Origin: an uncultured Geminicoccaceae bacterium
Lineage (GTDB): Bacteria > Pseudomonadota > Alphaproteobacteria > Geminicoccales > Geminicoccaceae
Direction of reading: 5' to 3'
Length of the DNA stretch: 46,753 nucleotides
Assembly: GCA_964412385.1 (NCBI GenBank)
Contig: CAYPOV010000002.1
Coordinates: 1-46,753, forward strand
In this document: positions 1-8,983 of the stretch, in pieces
Numbering within the stretch: the stretch's first letter is position 1
Layout of the letters: each line of letters begins with the position of its first letter
The notes under the pieces: model-generated
Seen by the model: the letters and a program-made list of their open reading frames with translations, nothing else
What the model was told of the DNA's origin: nothing
Database searches by the model: none
Position numbers and translations under genes: made by a program

Positions 1-358
1 CGGTGATCTCAAACCCTGCATAGACCTCCGTGATTCCCCCCGCGAGGAGTTGGCCTTCCGCGCCAATGTTGAAAAGACCACAACGAAATCCGACGGCGAC
101 TCCAAGACCCGCCAGGATCAAAGGCGATGCGGCGGTAAGCGTCTCCGATAAGGCGTAGAGTGAGCCGAATGACCCCTCGAGCATAAAATAGAAGGCATTC
201 AGGACGCCGATGGGTGAGATGCCTGTCGCCAGCATGATGAGACCGCCGGCAACGAAAGCTAGGACAAGGGAGGCCGAGGTGAGCCCAAGAGTAGCCGCAA
301 GACTGTTTTCACTGTCGCGAAAGGGTTCCAGCAGGCGATGCGCGGCCGATCTGCTCAT
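1..358 (-). CDS. ABC transporter permease (BMP/nucleoside-type importer), N-terminal part; gene runs off the left edge
   Basis: Absent from the ORF track because it has no stop in the window. The reverse-strand ATG at 358-356 overlaps the TGA (357-355) of the upstream ATPase gene (ATGA coupling). Translation MSRSAAHRLLEPF...LVLAFVAGGLIMLATG...LILAGLGVAVGFRCGLFNIGAEGQ is hydrophobic and matches the N-terminus of this permease family. Confidence 0.75.
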   Translation of the reverse strand, partial: MSRSAAHRLLEPFRDSENSLAATLGLTSASLVLAFVAGGLIMLATGISPIGVLNAFYFMLEGSFGSLYALSETLTAASPLILAGLGVAVGFRCGLFNIGAEGQLLAGGITEVYAGFEIT

Positions 359-1878
359 GCCGCGCGTGCACCTCCCGCCATAGCCACGCCGATGCTGGTG
401 ATATCGACGGGAGTATCGCCCTGGGCTCCGGAGAATTCGGCAGTAATGCGCCCGCCATACATGACAAGAATGCGGTCCGAGAGGGCGATAATCTCGTCGA
501 GCTCGGTCGAGACAATCAGGACTGCGACGCCTTGATCGCGAGCTTCGATGATACGTTTGTGAATGTACTCGATAGAGCCGACATCGACGCCGCGTGTCGG
601 TTGGGCTGCGAGAAAGACCTTGATCACCCGCGACATTTCTCGCGCCAGCACGACCTTTTGCTGATTACCACCGGAAAGAGTCTTGGCCGGAGCGAAAACA
701 GAGGAAGTTCGAACATCGAACGCTTCAGCGCGTTCTGCTGCCGCGAGATTGGCGGCTCCCCAGCGCAACATCGGTCCCGAACTGAACCGAGGCTCATAAT
801 AACAGTCGAGCACCATATTCTCTGTGATCATGAATGGCGGCACGATGCCTGAGCGTTGGCGATCCTCGGGAACATGAGCGAGGCCGAGTTTATGGCGATC
901 GCGAGGACCCTTGGCCGTAACGTCTCGGCCTTCAATCATGATGGTGCCTTGATCCGCCTCGCGAACACCGGCAATCACTTCGATGAGCTCGGTTTGTCCG
1001 TTGCCTTGCACCCCGGCGATCCCGACGACTTCGCCAGCGCGAACCTCGAAGCTTATCGCATCGATGGATAGCTCACCATTGGGCTCCTTGACCGTGACGT
1101 CCTGAAGTCTAAGAGCCCGGACTTTGGGGGCAGAAGGGTTTCGTGATGCCGTCAGCTCGACATTGCGCCCGACCATGAGTGCAGCAAGATCATTCGCGCT
1201 CGCTGTTCGGGGATCCGCAATTCCCACGACCTTGCCATGGCGCAATACCTCGATCCGGTCGGCTAGTTCCAAGACCTCACGGAGTTTGTGGGTGATGAAG
1301 AGAATGGCCTTGCCCTGATTGCGCATGGCTCGAACGATCTCGAAGAATTCGTCGACTTCTTGTGGGGTCAGCACCGCTGTGGGCTCATCGAAGATCAAGA
1401 CCTCGGCTTGGCGATAGAGGATCTTCACGATCTCGACCCTTTGCTGGACGCCGACCGGAAGATCTTCGACCAGCGTGTCAGGATCGAGAGCAAGACCGAA
1501 ACGCGTGCTGATCTCACGAACGTCTCTGCGCGCTCTCTTGAGGTCGAGGCGATCCAGTCCGCGCACGGGCTCATCGCCGAGCACGACATTCTCAGCGACC
1601 GTGAAAACCGGCACGAGCATAAAATGTTGGTGCACCATGCCGATACCGGCCTGGATCGCGTCGCGCGGGCTGTGGAAGATAACGGGATGACCGTCGATCT
1701 TGATTCGTCCCTCATCGGCTCGGCTGAGCCCATAGAGAATGTTCATGAGCGTGGTCTTGCCGGCGCCATTTTCGCCGAGAAGACATAGGATCTCACCTGA
1801 ACGCAGGGTCAGGTCGATACGGTCGTTCGCTGTGAACGAACCGTATCGTTTGGTAATCCCTTCGAGTTCAACGATCAC
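355..1878 (-). CDS. ABC transporter ATP-binding protein with duplicated ATPase domains (CUT2/BMP-type importer)
   Basis: 507 aa. First-half Walker A is GENGAGKTT. Second-half P-loop is GVQGNGQTEL with signature LSGGNQQK. Walker B-like motifs are ILIFDEPT and VFLAAQPTRGVDVG. It lies between the BMP lipoprotein and permease genes. Confidence 0.95.
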   Translation of the reverse strand: MIVELEGITKRYGSFTANDRIDLTLRSGEILCLLGENGAGKTTLMNILYGLSRADEGRIKIDGHPVIFHSPRDAIQAGIGMVHQHFMLVPVFTVAENVVLGDEPVRGLDRLDLKRARRDVREISTRFGLALDPDTLVEDLPVGVQQRVEIVKILYRQAEVLIFDEPTAVLTPQEVDEFFEIVRAMRNQGKAILFITHKLREVLELADRIEVLRHGKVVGIADPRTASANDLAALMVGRNVELTASRNPSAPKVRALRLQDVTVKEPNGELSIDAISFEVRAGEVVGIAGVQGNGQTELIEVIAGVREADQGTIMIEGRDVTAKGPRDRHKLGLAHVPEDRQRSGIVPPFMITENMVLDCYYEPRFSSGPMLRWGAANLAAAERAEAFDVRTSSVFAPAKTLSGGNQQKVVLAREMSRVIKVFLAAQPTRGVDVGSIEYIHKRIIEARDQGVAVLIVSTELDEIIALSDRILVMYGGRITAEFSGAQGDTPVDITSIGVAMAGGARAA

Positions 1879-1905
1879 GGCGAGACCCGCGACCGCGCTA
1901 CAGGC

Positions 1906-2979
1906 TCATCCTCCGATCTGGATCGAGCCGTCGATGACCCCGCTTCGGAGTGCTTCAATCTCAGCTTTCAACTCGTCGGAAATCTGATCATCGAAATCAT
2001 GAAACGGTGCGATCGCCACGCCAGCATTCTCAAGTGTTCCGCGCAGCTCACCGCCTTCGAAACTGCCGTCCTTTGCAGACTTGATGGCTTCAAGAGTGGT
2101 GACATCCATGCGCTTCATGATTGACGTCAAATAGACGTGCTGATTCTCGGGATCGGTCACGTAGAGATCAGCATCGACACCGATGATCTTGAGCTGGTCG
2201 GATCCCAGTTCGTCGGCAAGTGCCGCGGAGCCGAGGCCCACTGTGCCGGCAACCGGCAAAACGATATCTGCGCCTTCGTCATAGAGGTTTTGCGCAAATG
2301 TACGGCCGTCATCGAGGCTGTCGAAATTATTGGTGAAAAGGCCCTCCTGAGTATCAGGATCCCAACCGAGAACCTGCACGTCGGTGCCTTGGGTTTCGTT
2401 ATGGTGACGCACACCGTGCACGAACCCATCCATGAATATTGTTACGGGAGGAATATTGATGCCGCCGAAGGTACCGAGAATGCCCGTTTCGGTCACGCCG
2501 GCGGCGAGATAGCCCGCTAGGAAGGCCGCTTCATCGGTTGCAAAAGTTTGGCTCAGAACATTGGGAATGGGCGGATCATATGAATAGTCGACGATCGAAA
2601 ACTTTTGCTCGGGATGGTTTTCGGCAAATTCCTGGGTGGCGTCGCCTAAGAGGAAACCGACCGTAACAATGATATCACAGTCGCCGCCGACGAGCGATCC
2701 AAGATTGGGCTCATAGTCGGTCTCGGTTTGGGATTCGAGAAATCGGCCGGTGATGCCAAGCTGCTCCTCAGCGGTCTCAACCCCACGCCATGCCGTTTCG
2801 TTGAAGCTCTTGTCATCAATGCCGCCCGTGTCCGTGACCTGGCACGCCGTGAATTCGTCCTGAGCCTGCGCCGAGCCACTCGCTACGGACAGCATAGCGG
2901 CGCTCGCGAACGCAGTGCTCAGGAAGAACGTGTAGATTGTTGTCGAACCTGCTCTCTTCATTATTGGTGACCCTTTCAT
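1906..2979 (-). CDS. BMP-family (Med/PnrA-like) ABC substrate-binding lipoprotein
   Basis: 357 aa. It has a signal peptide (FFLSTAFASAAMLSVASGSAQA) and BMP-type segments (GFLLGDA, IIGVDAD). It heads the operon with the ATPase and permease. The true start could be the second Met at 2961. Confidence 0.88.
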   Translation of the reverse strand: MKGSPIMKRAGSTTIYTFFLSTAFASAAMLSVASGSAQAQDEFTACQVTDTGGIDDKSFNETAWRGVETAEEQLGITGRFLESQTETDYEPNLGSLVGGDCDIIVTVGFLLGDATQEFAENHPEQKFSIVDYSYDPPIPNVLSQTFATDEAAFLAGYLAAGVTETGILGTFGGINIPPVTIFMDGFVHGVRHHNETQGTDVQVLGWDPDTQEGLFTNNFDSLDDGRTFAQNLYDEGADIVLPVAGTVGLGSAALADELGSDQLKIIGVDADLYVTDPENQHVYLTSIMKRMDVTTLEAIKSAKDGSFEGGELRGTLENAGVAIAPFHDFDDQISDELKAEIEALRSGVIDGSIQIGG

Positions 2980-3178
2980 GCGGCGGTTTCGAGGCCGCTA
3001 TCTTGTTGCACGCGATTGAGACACGTCAACGCAGGTTTTGCTTTTAAGATCAAAACCGCCTGATTGCGCGTCAACACGCTAAAAAATTGAGCGGCAACTT
3101 GACTTGATTTGAGACAGATCAAAGGCTTGTTATAGGTTCACGGTAGAACGCGTTGAGCGATAGTCCTGGGAGTAAGCG

Positions 3179-3523
3179 ATGAGAATTGGGTTAAGGTTGG
3201 CAAGTCTGGCCGCATCATTTGGATTCATGACGAATATGGCCGCGGCGCAAGAGGCGGGCAATCCCGATATCGGCGAAGAGATCGCCAATGATCAGTGTGC
3301 TCGTTGTCATGACGTCAGCCCCGAGGGCGCGTTCAAGACATATCCCCCGAGTTTTGCCTCGATTGCCTACTACCGTTCTGCCGAGCAAATTCGTGCTCGG
3401 ATCGTTTTTCCTCCGCTCCATTCGAGCATGCCCGAGATCGGCTGGATGCTGAGCCCCTTCGAAGTCGACGATATGGTGGCCTTCATTCAATCGCTGGAGC
3501 CCAATCTCGTTCCGGCCGAGTAA
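3179..3523 (+). CDS. Small periplasmic class I c-type cytochrome
   Basis: 114 aa. It has a signal peptide ending AAAQE, a single CxxCH haem motif (CARCH) and a downstream Met ligand candidate (HSSMPEIG). Confidence 0.8.
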   Translation: MRIGLRLASLAASFGFMTNMAAAQEAGNPDIGEEIANDQCARCHDVSPEGAFKTYPPSFASIAYYRSAEQIRARIVFPPLHSSMPEIGWMLSPFEVDDMVAFIQSLEPNLVPAE

Positions 3524-3530
3524 GCGAGGT

Positions 3531-4193
3531 TCAGAGAACGCCGTACTTGGCGTAGACCTCTTGAAGCGTTCGCCCTTTTAGGAGTTCTTGCCGGGTGCGG
3601 TCTTCCGCCTGCACTTTCTCAAGCGCCTGCGTCAAGGCGTCGGCCGCAATGGCTTGGGGAATGATGACGACACCGTCGGCATCCCCCATAACATAGTCTC
3701 CGGTCTCGACAGCGACGCCAGCGCATTCAATCGGCGTGTCACGCGCGATCATCTCGCCGCGGCCTTTAGAATCGAGAGGGCCGATGCCGCCGTGGAAGAC
3801 AGGGAAGTTCATTGCCCGAATGCGTTTGATGTCACGGACGAGACCATCGGTGACGCAGCCTGATGCCTTGCGGCACGTAGCGGCCGTGGACAAGAGTTCG
3901 CCCCATGGAGCGATTCGCGTTGTCGGACCTCGACAGCCAAATACGGCTACGTCGTTCTCTTCGAGATCATCGACGAGCGCCATCTCGATTTCGTAGGGAT
4001 TGTGATCCTCAGGCGCATCATAGCGATCGACATAAAGACCTGTACGCGCCCGTCCGAACAGGATCAGAGCGTCGTCCAAAGGGCGGATGAAGGGAGGCAA
4101 GGCTTGATCGCGGTAGCCGAGGCTGTCCAGCGTGTCGGATAGAACAGCGGTGTAGAGTTTATTTAGAACTTCGCTCTTGGAAGGCATTGGCAT
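3531..4193 (-). CDS. RraA-family protein (RraA / HMG-CHA aldolase-like fold)
   Basis: 220 aa. The RraA-type core NDVAVFGCRGPTTRIAPWGELLSTAATCRKASGCVTDGLVRD is present. Its ATG overlaps the stop of the upstream micro-ORF (TAATG). Confidence 0.85.
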   Translation of the reverse strand: MPMPSKSEVLNKLYTAVLSDTLDSLGYRDQALPPFIRPLDDALILFGRARTGLYVDRYDAPEDHNPYEIEMALVDDLEENDVAVFGCRGPTTRIAPWGELLSTAATCRKASGCVTDGLVRDIKRIRAMNFPVFHGGIGPLDSKGRGEMIARDTPIECAGVAVETGDYVMGDADGVVIIPQAIAADALTQALEKVQAEDRTRQELLKGRTLQEVYAKYGVL

Positions 4194-4318
4194 TAGTTGT
4201 TGCCTTTGTCTGATGATGATGCGGGAAGATCAGACCTCAACAAGAGGGCGATCAAGACGCCGACGAAGACGAAGACGACAATGTTCAACAATGTGTCGAC
4301 GGGATCACCTGAGAGCAT
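4193..4318 (-). CDS. Candidate 41-aa single-pass membrane micro-protein (MLSGDPVDTLLNIVVFVFVGVLIALLLRSDLPASSSDKGNN)
   Basis: It is the internal part of the 77-aa track ORF 4193..4426. The ATG at 4318 has a GGAG 7 nt upstream. The start overlaps the BCCT 3' end by 14 nt and the stop overlaps the RraA-like ATG. It contains one clear hydrophobic helix. Confidence 0.4.
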   Translation of the reverse strand: MLSGDPVDTLLNIVVFVFVGVLIALLLRSDLPASSSDKGNN

Positions 4319-5834
4319 CGAAAGTCTCCGCGCGTAGCGCTCTGATGAGGCAAACGATAAGGAGCGAGACAAGGAAAACAAAGGGCATGGCACCGAGGGC
4401 GATAATCGCCCGGACGGCTTGAACATCGCCCGAGAGAATCATGACCACCCCCAACAGCCCCAAAATGAAGCCCCAAATCAGCTTGGTACGCGTGTCGGGG
4501 TTGGGATCGCCACCACTTGAAAACATGCCGAGGACAAAAGCGGCACTCACCACGCTCGTCACGATGAAGAGGAACGCGGCGGCAATTGTTCCGATCGATG
4601 TGAGAGCGGTAAGGGGAAGCCCTTCGAGAACTGCAAACGTCACCCGCTCGACATCGACTTCGGCAAGGGCCAGCAAAGCGCCTTCGCCACGGAGTGCTTC
4701 GTAAAACGCAATGCCTCCGAAACTGCCAAACCAAAAGAGCGATATGACTGTCGGTACAAGCATGACGCCGAGCAAGAACTCCTTGATGGTTCGGCCTCTC
4801 GAGATCCGCGCGATGAAGATGCCGACAAAGGGCGCCCAGGCGAGCCACCAGACCATGGTGGTGAGGGTCCAATCCTGAAACCAGGTTCCGATGTCGTCGC
4901 CTGCAAACGAGTAAGTGCGAAAACCCGCTTGCCACACTTCGATGATGTAGGTCCCAAAAGCACTAGTGATGACACCCATGATGTACTGCGTCGGACCGGC
5001 AATGATAATGAAGACGACGAGAGCGCCTGTGATGCTCATAGCAGCGTTGGAGAGTTTGGCCATGCCGCTGCCGAGGTCAACGAGAAGAGGTGGGATATAG
5101 GCAATGACGAGGACCGCGAAAATGATCCAAACAAGACTGTCTCCACCGCTGCCAGTCATGCTGACGATGCCGCTTCGAACTTGAAACACGCCCATGGCGA
5201 TCGAGCCGGCAAGCCCGATGGCGATGGCAACGAGCGCCATAAAATCGGCAAGTCTACCGAGGATCGAGGCCCAGCGTTCACCCGGAAATGCGTATTCGAA
5301 GGGGGCACTAAGCAAGCCCGGCAGGCCCTTTCGAAACATGAAGTAGGCAATAACGAGTGCGATCATGCCGTAGATTGCCCAGGCATGGATGCCCCAGTGG
5401 AATAACGTCAAGAAGAGCGAGATTTCAGCCGCGCGGGCATCGGTTTCGTAGTTACTGGCCAGGAGAAAATGGGAAAGCGGCTCGGCCGAGGCCCAAAAGA
5501 GCAGACCGATTCCCATCCCTGCTGCAAACAGCATGGTAAGCCAACTGGTCGTGGAGAACTCGGGCCTTGAATCATCCGGGCCGAGCCGAATGTTGCCGTA
5601 GCGGGAAAACGCCAGCCACAGAGCCGTGAGGAGCATGCCACTTACGGTAATCATGATGAACCAGCCGCGGCTGGTGAAAAGTGTCGTACGAAGCTCGGAC
5701 GCCAATGATGCGAGGCCGGCATTGTCGACAATGCCCCAGATGCCGATGGCAATGGTGACCAAGAGCGCACAGAGGATCTGCGGGCTCTTGAAACCAGACG
5801 GCACGTTCATTTGCGGCCTCCCTGCGCCGCCCAC
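4305..5834 (-). CDS. BCCT-family (betaine/carnitine/choline) transporter
   Basis: 509 aa and polytopic. The segment DWTLTTMVWWLAWAPFVGIFIARISRGRTIKEF matches the conserved BCCT TM8 signature region. Confidence 0.93.
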   Translation of the reverse strand: MGGAGRPQMNVPSGFKSPQILCALLVTIAIGIWGIVDNAGLASLASELRTTLFTSRGWFIMITVSGMLLTALWLAFSRYGNIRLGPDDSRPEFSTTSWLTMLFAAGMGIGLLFWASAEPLSHFLLASNYETDARAAEISLFLTLFHWGIHAWAIYGMIALVIAYFMFRKGLPGLLSAPFEYAFPGERWASILGRLADFMALVAIAIGLAGSIAMGVFQVRSGIVSMTGSGGDSLVWIIFAVLVIAYIPPLLVDLGSGMAKLSNAAMSITGALVVFIIIAGPTQYIMGVITSAFGTYIIEVWQAGFRTYSFAGDDIGTWFQDWTLTTMVWWLAWAPFVGIFIARISRGRTIKEFLLGVMLVPTVISLFWFGSFGGIAFYEALRGEGALLALAEVDVERVTFAVLEGLPLTALTSIGTIAAAFLFIVTSVVSAAFVLGMFSSGGDPNPDTRTKLIWGFILGLLGVVMILSGDVQAVRAIIALGAMPFVFLVSLLIVCLIRALRAETFDALR

Positions 5835-5837
5835 GAT

Positions 5838-6761
5838 TCAGCGTTTGGGCACGCGGCGCTCACTCTCGAATAGGCGCCAACTTATCCCTGCGAAGACGGC
5901 CGTGGTAAAGTCATCTTTGTGAAGTGGACTGTCGTCATTGGCGCTGAACTTCCAGAAACCGAATTGCGTGCCTCCGAAAAGCCTGATCCGATCGGTGATA
6001 CCATAGGATAGGGCGAGCGTGGCTTCCGATCCGATATAGCCGTCATCGGCATCAAATTCTTCGCGTCCGGGCTCTGCGTCCTTCGGCTCAACTTCGTAGA
6101 AATAGTTATTCAAACCATCGAGCCCGAAGAGAGGCCCAAATGAGACAAATGAACGGAGATCGCGATCGAACAGCTCCTCTTCGCGGTAGATGAGCCGTGG
6201 ATTGACGACGATACCCTGATAGCGAGTGTTCGTGATATCGCTGGAGATGACGGCCCTGGCCGCAATGGCGAGATCGAGATCGGTGTTCTTCTTGTTTGGC
6301 AGGAATTTGAAGATGGCCTGAGGCCCGGCCTCAAAGAGAGCATCGAGATCGGACATGCCATCGCGCGCGTCATTATCTGAATAATCGACGGGGAACGAGG
6401 CGTCAAAGCCGACGTTAAACTCAAGCCATGGCACGTCGATCAAGGCACCTCTCGGGCCGCCGCCATCACCAAGTCGAAAGAACTCACCGCGATAGATCCC
6501 GAACGGCACGGCCAATCCGTTGAGATGGTTCTCGTCGGCCGCAGGATAGTCGGGAAGATAGCCCAGGAAACCGCCCAACCCGATTTCCCAAAGGGGTTCC
6601 GTCTCGTCATCGTCATCTTCACTTTCGAGAATTGCCTCCTCTGCACTGGGAGCATTCTCCAGATTGAGCGTTTCGGCGGGTGTCGTTGACAGCTCCTGCG
6701 CGACAAGCTGAAACGAGACAAATGTCAGTGGCAAGGTGATGTATAGGGCATGATTCGGCAA
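5838..6761 (-). CDS. MipA/OmpV-family outer-membrane protein
   Basis: 307 aa. It has an N-terminal signal-like segment, an alternating beta-strand pattern, a GLGGFLGYLPDYPAADE segment and a C-terminal GISWRLF typical of the family. It ends 3 nt before the BCCT start. Confidence 0.72.
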   Translation of the reverse strand: MPNHALYITLPLTFVSFQLVAQELSTTPAETLNLENAPSAEEAILESEDDDDETEPLWEIGLGGFLGYLPDYPAADENHLNGLAVPFGIYRGEFFRLGDGGGPRGALIDVPWLEFNVGFDASFPVDYSDNDARDGMSDLDALFEAGPQAIFKFLPNKKNTDLDLAIAARAVISSDITNTRYQGIVVNPRLIYREEELFDRDLRSFVSFGPLFGLDGLNNYFYEVEPKDAEPGREEFDADDGYIGSEATLALSYGITDRIRLFGGTQFGFWKFSANDDSPLHKDDFTTAVFAGISWRLFESERRVPKR

Positions 6762-6862
6762 TCGTTGGCTCCGGCCAATAGGTTAGGCGGGAGAGAGATG
6801 GCGCAGCCGGAGACCATTGGCCAGAATAGAGTTGAAGCGTCCGATGGCGATGAACCACCGAG

Positions 6863-8029
6863 TTAGGGTGCCAGCTTCGAAGTTTCCTCCTCGGGTACCG
6901 GCTCCCATCGCTCGCGATACATCGCTTTGAAATCATAATTAGGGGTGAGCCGGTTTTCTGAGCCGCCAAACATGTCAATGTTGTCAGCAGTCACTAAGAA
7001 GGGCCGCCGTGTCCAGAAACTTGGCTGGCTTCCGTAAAGCGCCCTGATCATTTCGTCGACTGCTTGATAAGCCTCCAGTTCAGGGGCCTCGGCAGTCGTT
7101 ACGCGCTGAAACTGGTCACCTCGGCGGATGCGTTCGTAGGCCTCCGTTGTGCCATTGCTACCGACAAGAATGACACCATCGCGAGGCGCATCTGAGGCTT
7201 CCAGTGCGGGCACGACGAAATCGAGGAAATAGTCTGCAACCGACACGACGTAAAACGGTGCGTCGTAGGACTCGAGCCAATTTGGCACGACCTCGGGAAG
7301 CAGGTTCGGCAGCTTCTCGAGGAACGCATCGTAAACCTCGAGAATTTCGCAATCAGGGCATTCTTCCAGGCGTGATTGAACGGAGGTCGATTGAGCGCAG
7401 GCGCGCGGATGGCTGCAATCCGTGACGACAACAACCTTGGCTTGTCCCTCGCTGTCGGCAATCACCCAGTCGGCTTGTGCACGGCCGATCGCACGCGGGT
7501 CCGGGCTGATGTTGGTGTAGAGGCCGACCTCGCGATCTGGGCCCGGCAGCGGTGCCGAATGGATCCCGACAATCGGTATACGTGCCCGTCTGGCATCGCG
7601 CGAGAGAGGCTTGAGATGGGTGAGATCCATGGATGTGATAATGCCGTCGACACCAATTTGCAGCGCAAGGCCCAGATTTCCGACCCATCGAAGCGGGTTC
7701 CCCTCGCCATCGAGCACGCGGTACCGCCATCCAAGATCGGTTGCGGCCTCCGCCATGATTTCGCCCCAACGCTTGGAGACGGGGTTCTCTTCATCTGTGG
7801 AGAGGTAGTAGACAGTCTTCTGGGGCTCATAGGGAGGCGTGCTCGACAGAGATGTCGGGACTGAAGGCGGAAGAGATAAGTCTGCGACCGAATTCTTGGC
7901 TTCTTCGACGATTTGAGCCTGGGCAGGTACCGTGAGAACGAGGAAGGACAACAGCACAACGACCATCCTTAGCCAGACGGGAGCCGGCCAGATGGACGTC
8001 GCATTGCGTGTGTTTTTTTGCAGGCTCAT
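6863..8029 (-). CDS. Periplasmic binding protein, type-1 (sugar/LacI-like) fold, orphan
   Basis: 388 aa. It has a signal peptide (VVVLLSFLVLTVPAQAQ) and an alpha/beta alternation typical of PBP1 proteins. The functional family call is weak. There are no adjacent ABC genes. Confidence 0.65.
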   Translation of the reverse strand: MSLQKNTRNATSIWPAPVWLRMVVVLLSFLVLTVPAQAQIVEEAKNSVADLSLPPSVPTSLSSTPPYEPQKTVYYLSTDEENPVSKRWGEIMAEAATDLGWRYRVLDGEGNPLRWVGNLGLALQIGVDGIITSMDLTHLKPLSRDARRARIPIVGIHSAPLPGPDREVGLYTNISPDPRAIGRAQADWVIADSEGQAKVVVVTDCSHPRACAQSTSVQSRLEECPDCEILEVYDAFLEKLPNLLPEVVPNWLESYDAPFYVVSVADYFLDFVVPALEASDAPRDGVILVGSNGTTEAYERIRRGDQFQRVTTAEAPELEAYQAVDEMIRALYGSQPSFWTRRPFLVTADNIDMFGGSENRLTPNYDFKAMYRERWEPVPEEETSKLAP

Positions 8030-8255
8030 CGAACCAGGAAGCTCTCTTTTTTCGAAACGTGGAAGCGATAAATTGTGCGACGTCAGTGGCTTACGGAAGC
8101 TTATTCATGTTTCAAGTAAAGAATGAATTATTCTATAACTTTAAGTTGAATAATAGTGAACAGTGTATTACTAAGCGCAACAAGTCAAGCGGGTGGATAT
8201 AGTGAAACTCCCAAGAGCAAGAATCAAGCTCAGAGAGCAACAGGGAGTTGTTTTG

Positions 8256-8477
8256 ATGCGAAGGACTTCGGTCCCAGAAGTGACGCTCCATCATCGGCTT
8301 GTTCCGGATCATGCATATCGCCCCGAGCATGTCCATGCCGCTAGAGAACGGGCGAAACGGCGCGCTGGTGACCGTTTTGACGATGGCTATCCATCGGCCC
8401 GGATGGCGTTCACCTTGTCACTTCTGTTTTGGCCTATTTGTGGGATCGTGATCTACTTGCTGGCGCGTGTAATTTAG
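8256..8477 (+). CDS. Hypothetical small protein with a PLDc_N-like C-terminal helix (possibly a remnant)
   Basis: Only the C-terminus FTLSLLFWPICGIVIYLLARVI resembles the short PLD-N-terminal membrane domain family. The upstream part is basic, unconserved-looking and lacks the usual first helix. The start is uncertain (track ORF starts at 8193). Confidence 0.25.
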   Translation: MRRTSVPEVTLHHRLVPDHAYRPEHVHAARERAKRRAGDRFDDGYPSARMAFTLSLLFWPICGIVIYLLARVI

Positions 8478-8555
8478 CGACATAGCGAGACAAGCTACAC
8501 CCTCGCCGACGGTAGCCAATGCTGCTAGTTTTCTGCTAGCGGGAACTGAGTTCGG

Positions 8556-8942
8556 TTGGAGGGTTGTATGGCGACGATCAGAATTTCGTCCGGCGCTGTG
8601 GCGATCGATTGCACGTTGCTGGACACGGAGTCTGCCAAAGCCATTCTGTCGGCACTTCCTCTCCAAGGACGCGCCAGTCTTTGGGGAGATGAGGTATATT
8701 TTTCGGTACCTGTCGAACTCGCCGCAGAGCCAGAGGCCCGTGATCTCCTGAACGCGGGCGAAATTGCATACTGGCCTCCTGGCAAGGCCATCTGCCTTTG
8801 CTGGGGCCCGACACCCGCATCCAGCGGAAACGAGCTTCGTCTCGCCAGCGCGGCCAATGTCTTCGCGACTACCAAGGCTGAAGTGGGTGCTTTCTCCAAG
8901 GTCAATTCGGGAGACACCGTCACCGTGGAACTCATCGACTAG
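8556..8942 (+). CDS. Cyclophilin-like superfamily protein (TM1367/DUF3830-like)
   Basis: 128 aa. The pattern ...TLLDTESAKAILSALP...WGDEVYF...GEIAYWPPGKAICLCWGPTP matches this small beta-barrel family as I remember it. Confidence 0.7.
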   Translation: MEGCMATIRISSGAVAIDCTLLDTESAKAILSALPLQGRASLWGDEVYFSVPVELAAEPEARDLLNAGEIAYWPPGKAICLCWGPTPASSGNELRLASAANVFATTKAEVGAFSKVNSGDTVTVELID

Positions 8943-8983
8943 CGACGAGCGTCGGCTCGCGTCTTTAAACGGAGGAAACGACG

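Noticed and set aside
3034-3057. Inverted repeat GGTTTTG-N10-CAAAACC in the divergent BMP-lipoprotein/cytochrome c spacer
   Set aside because: It could be an operator, but a 7-bp arm in a 199-nt spacer is not compelling and no regulator gene is adjacent. I did not call it as a feature.
4285-4935. 216-aa ORF 4285..4935 (-) and 120-aa ORF 4640..5002 (-)
   Set aside because: They are alternative frames inside the BCCT gene. Their translations are Arg/His/Cys-rich and lack membrane character, whereas the BCCT frame carries the family signature.
8522-8540. CTGCTAG-tttt-CTGCTAG direct repeat/hairpin upstream of the cyclophilin-like gene, resembling the GGCTAG-gtttt-CTAGCC hairpin after pucA (43685-43701)
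   Set aside because: The similarity is limited to about 12 nt built around the self-complementary CTAG. With only two copies and 5-6-bp stems, it is most likely coincidence rather than a dispersed repeat family.
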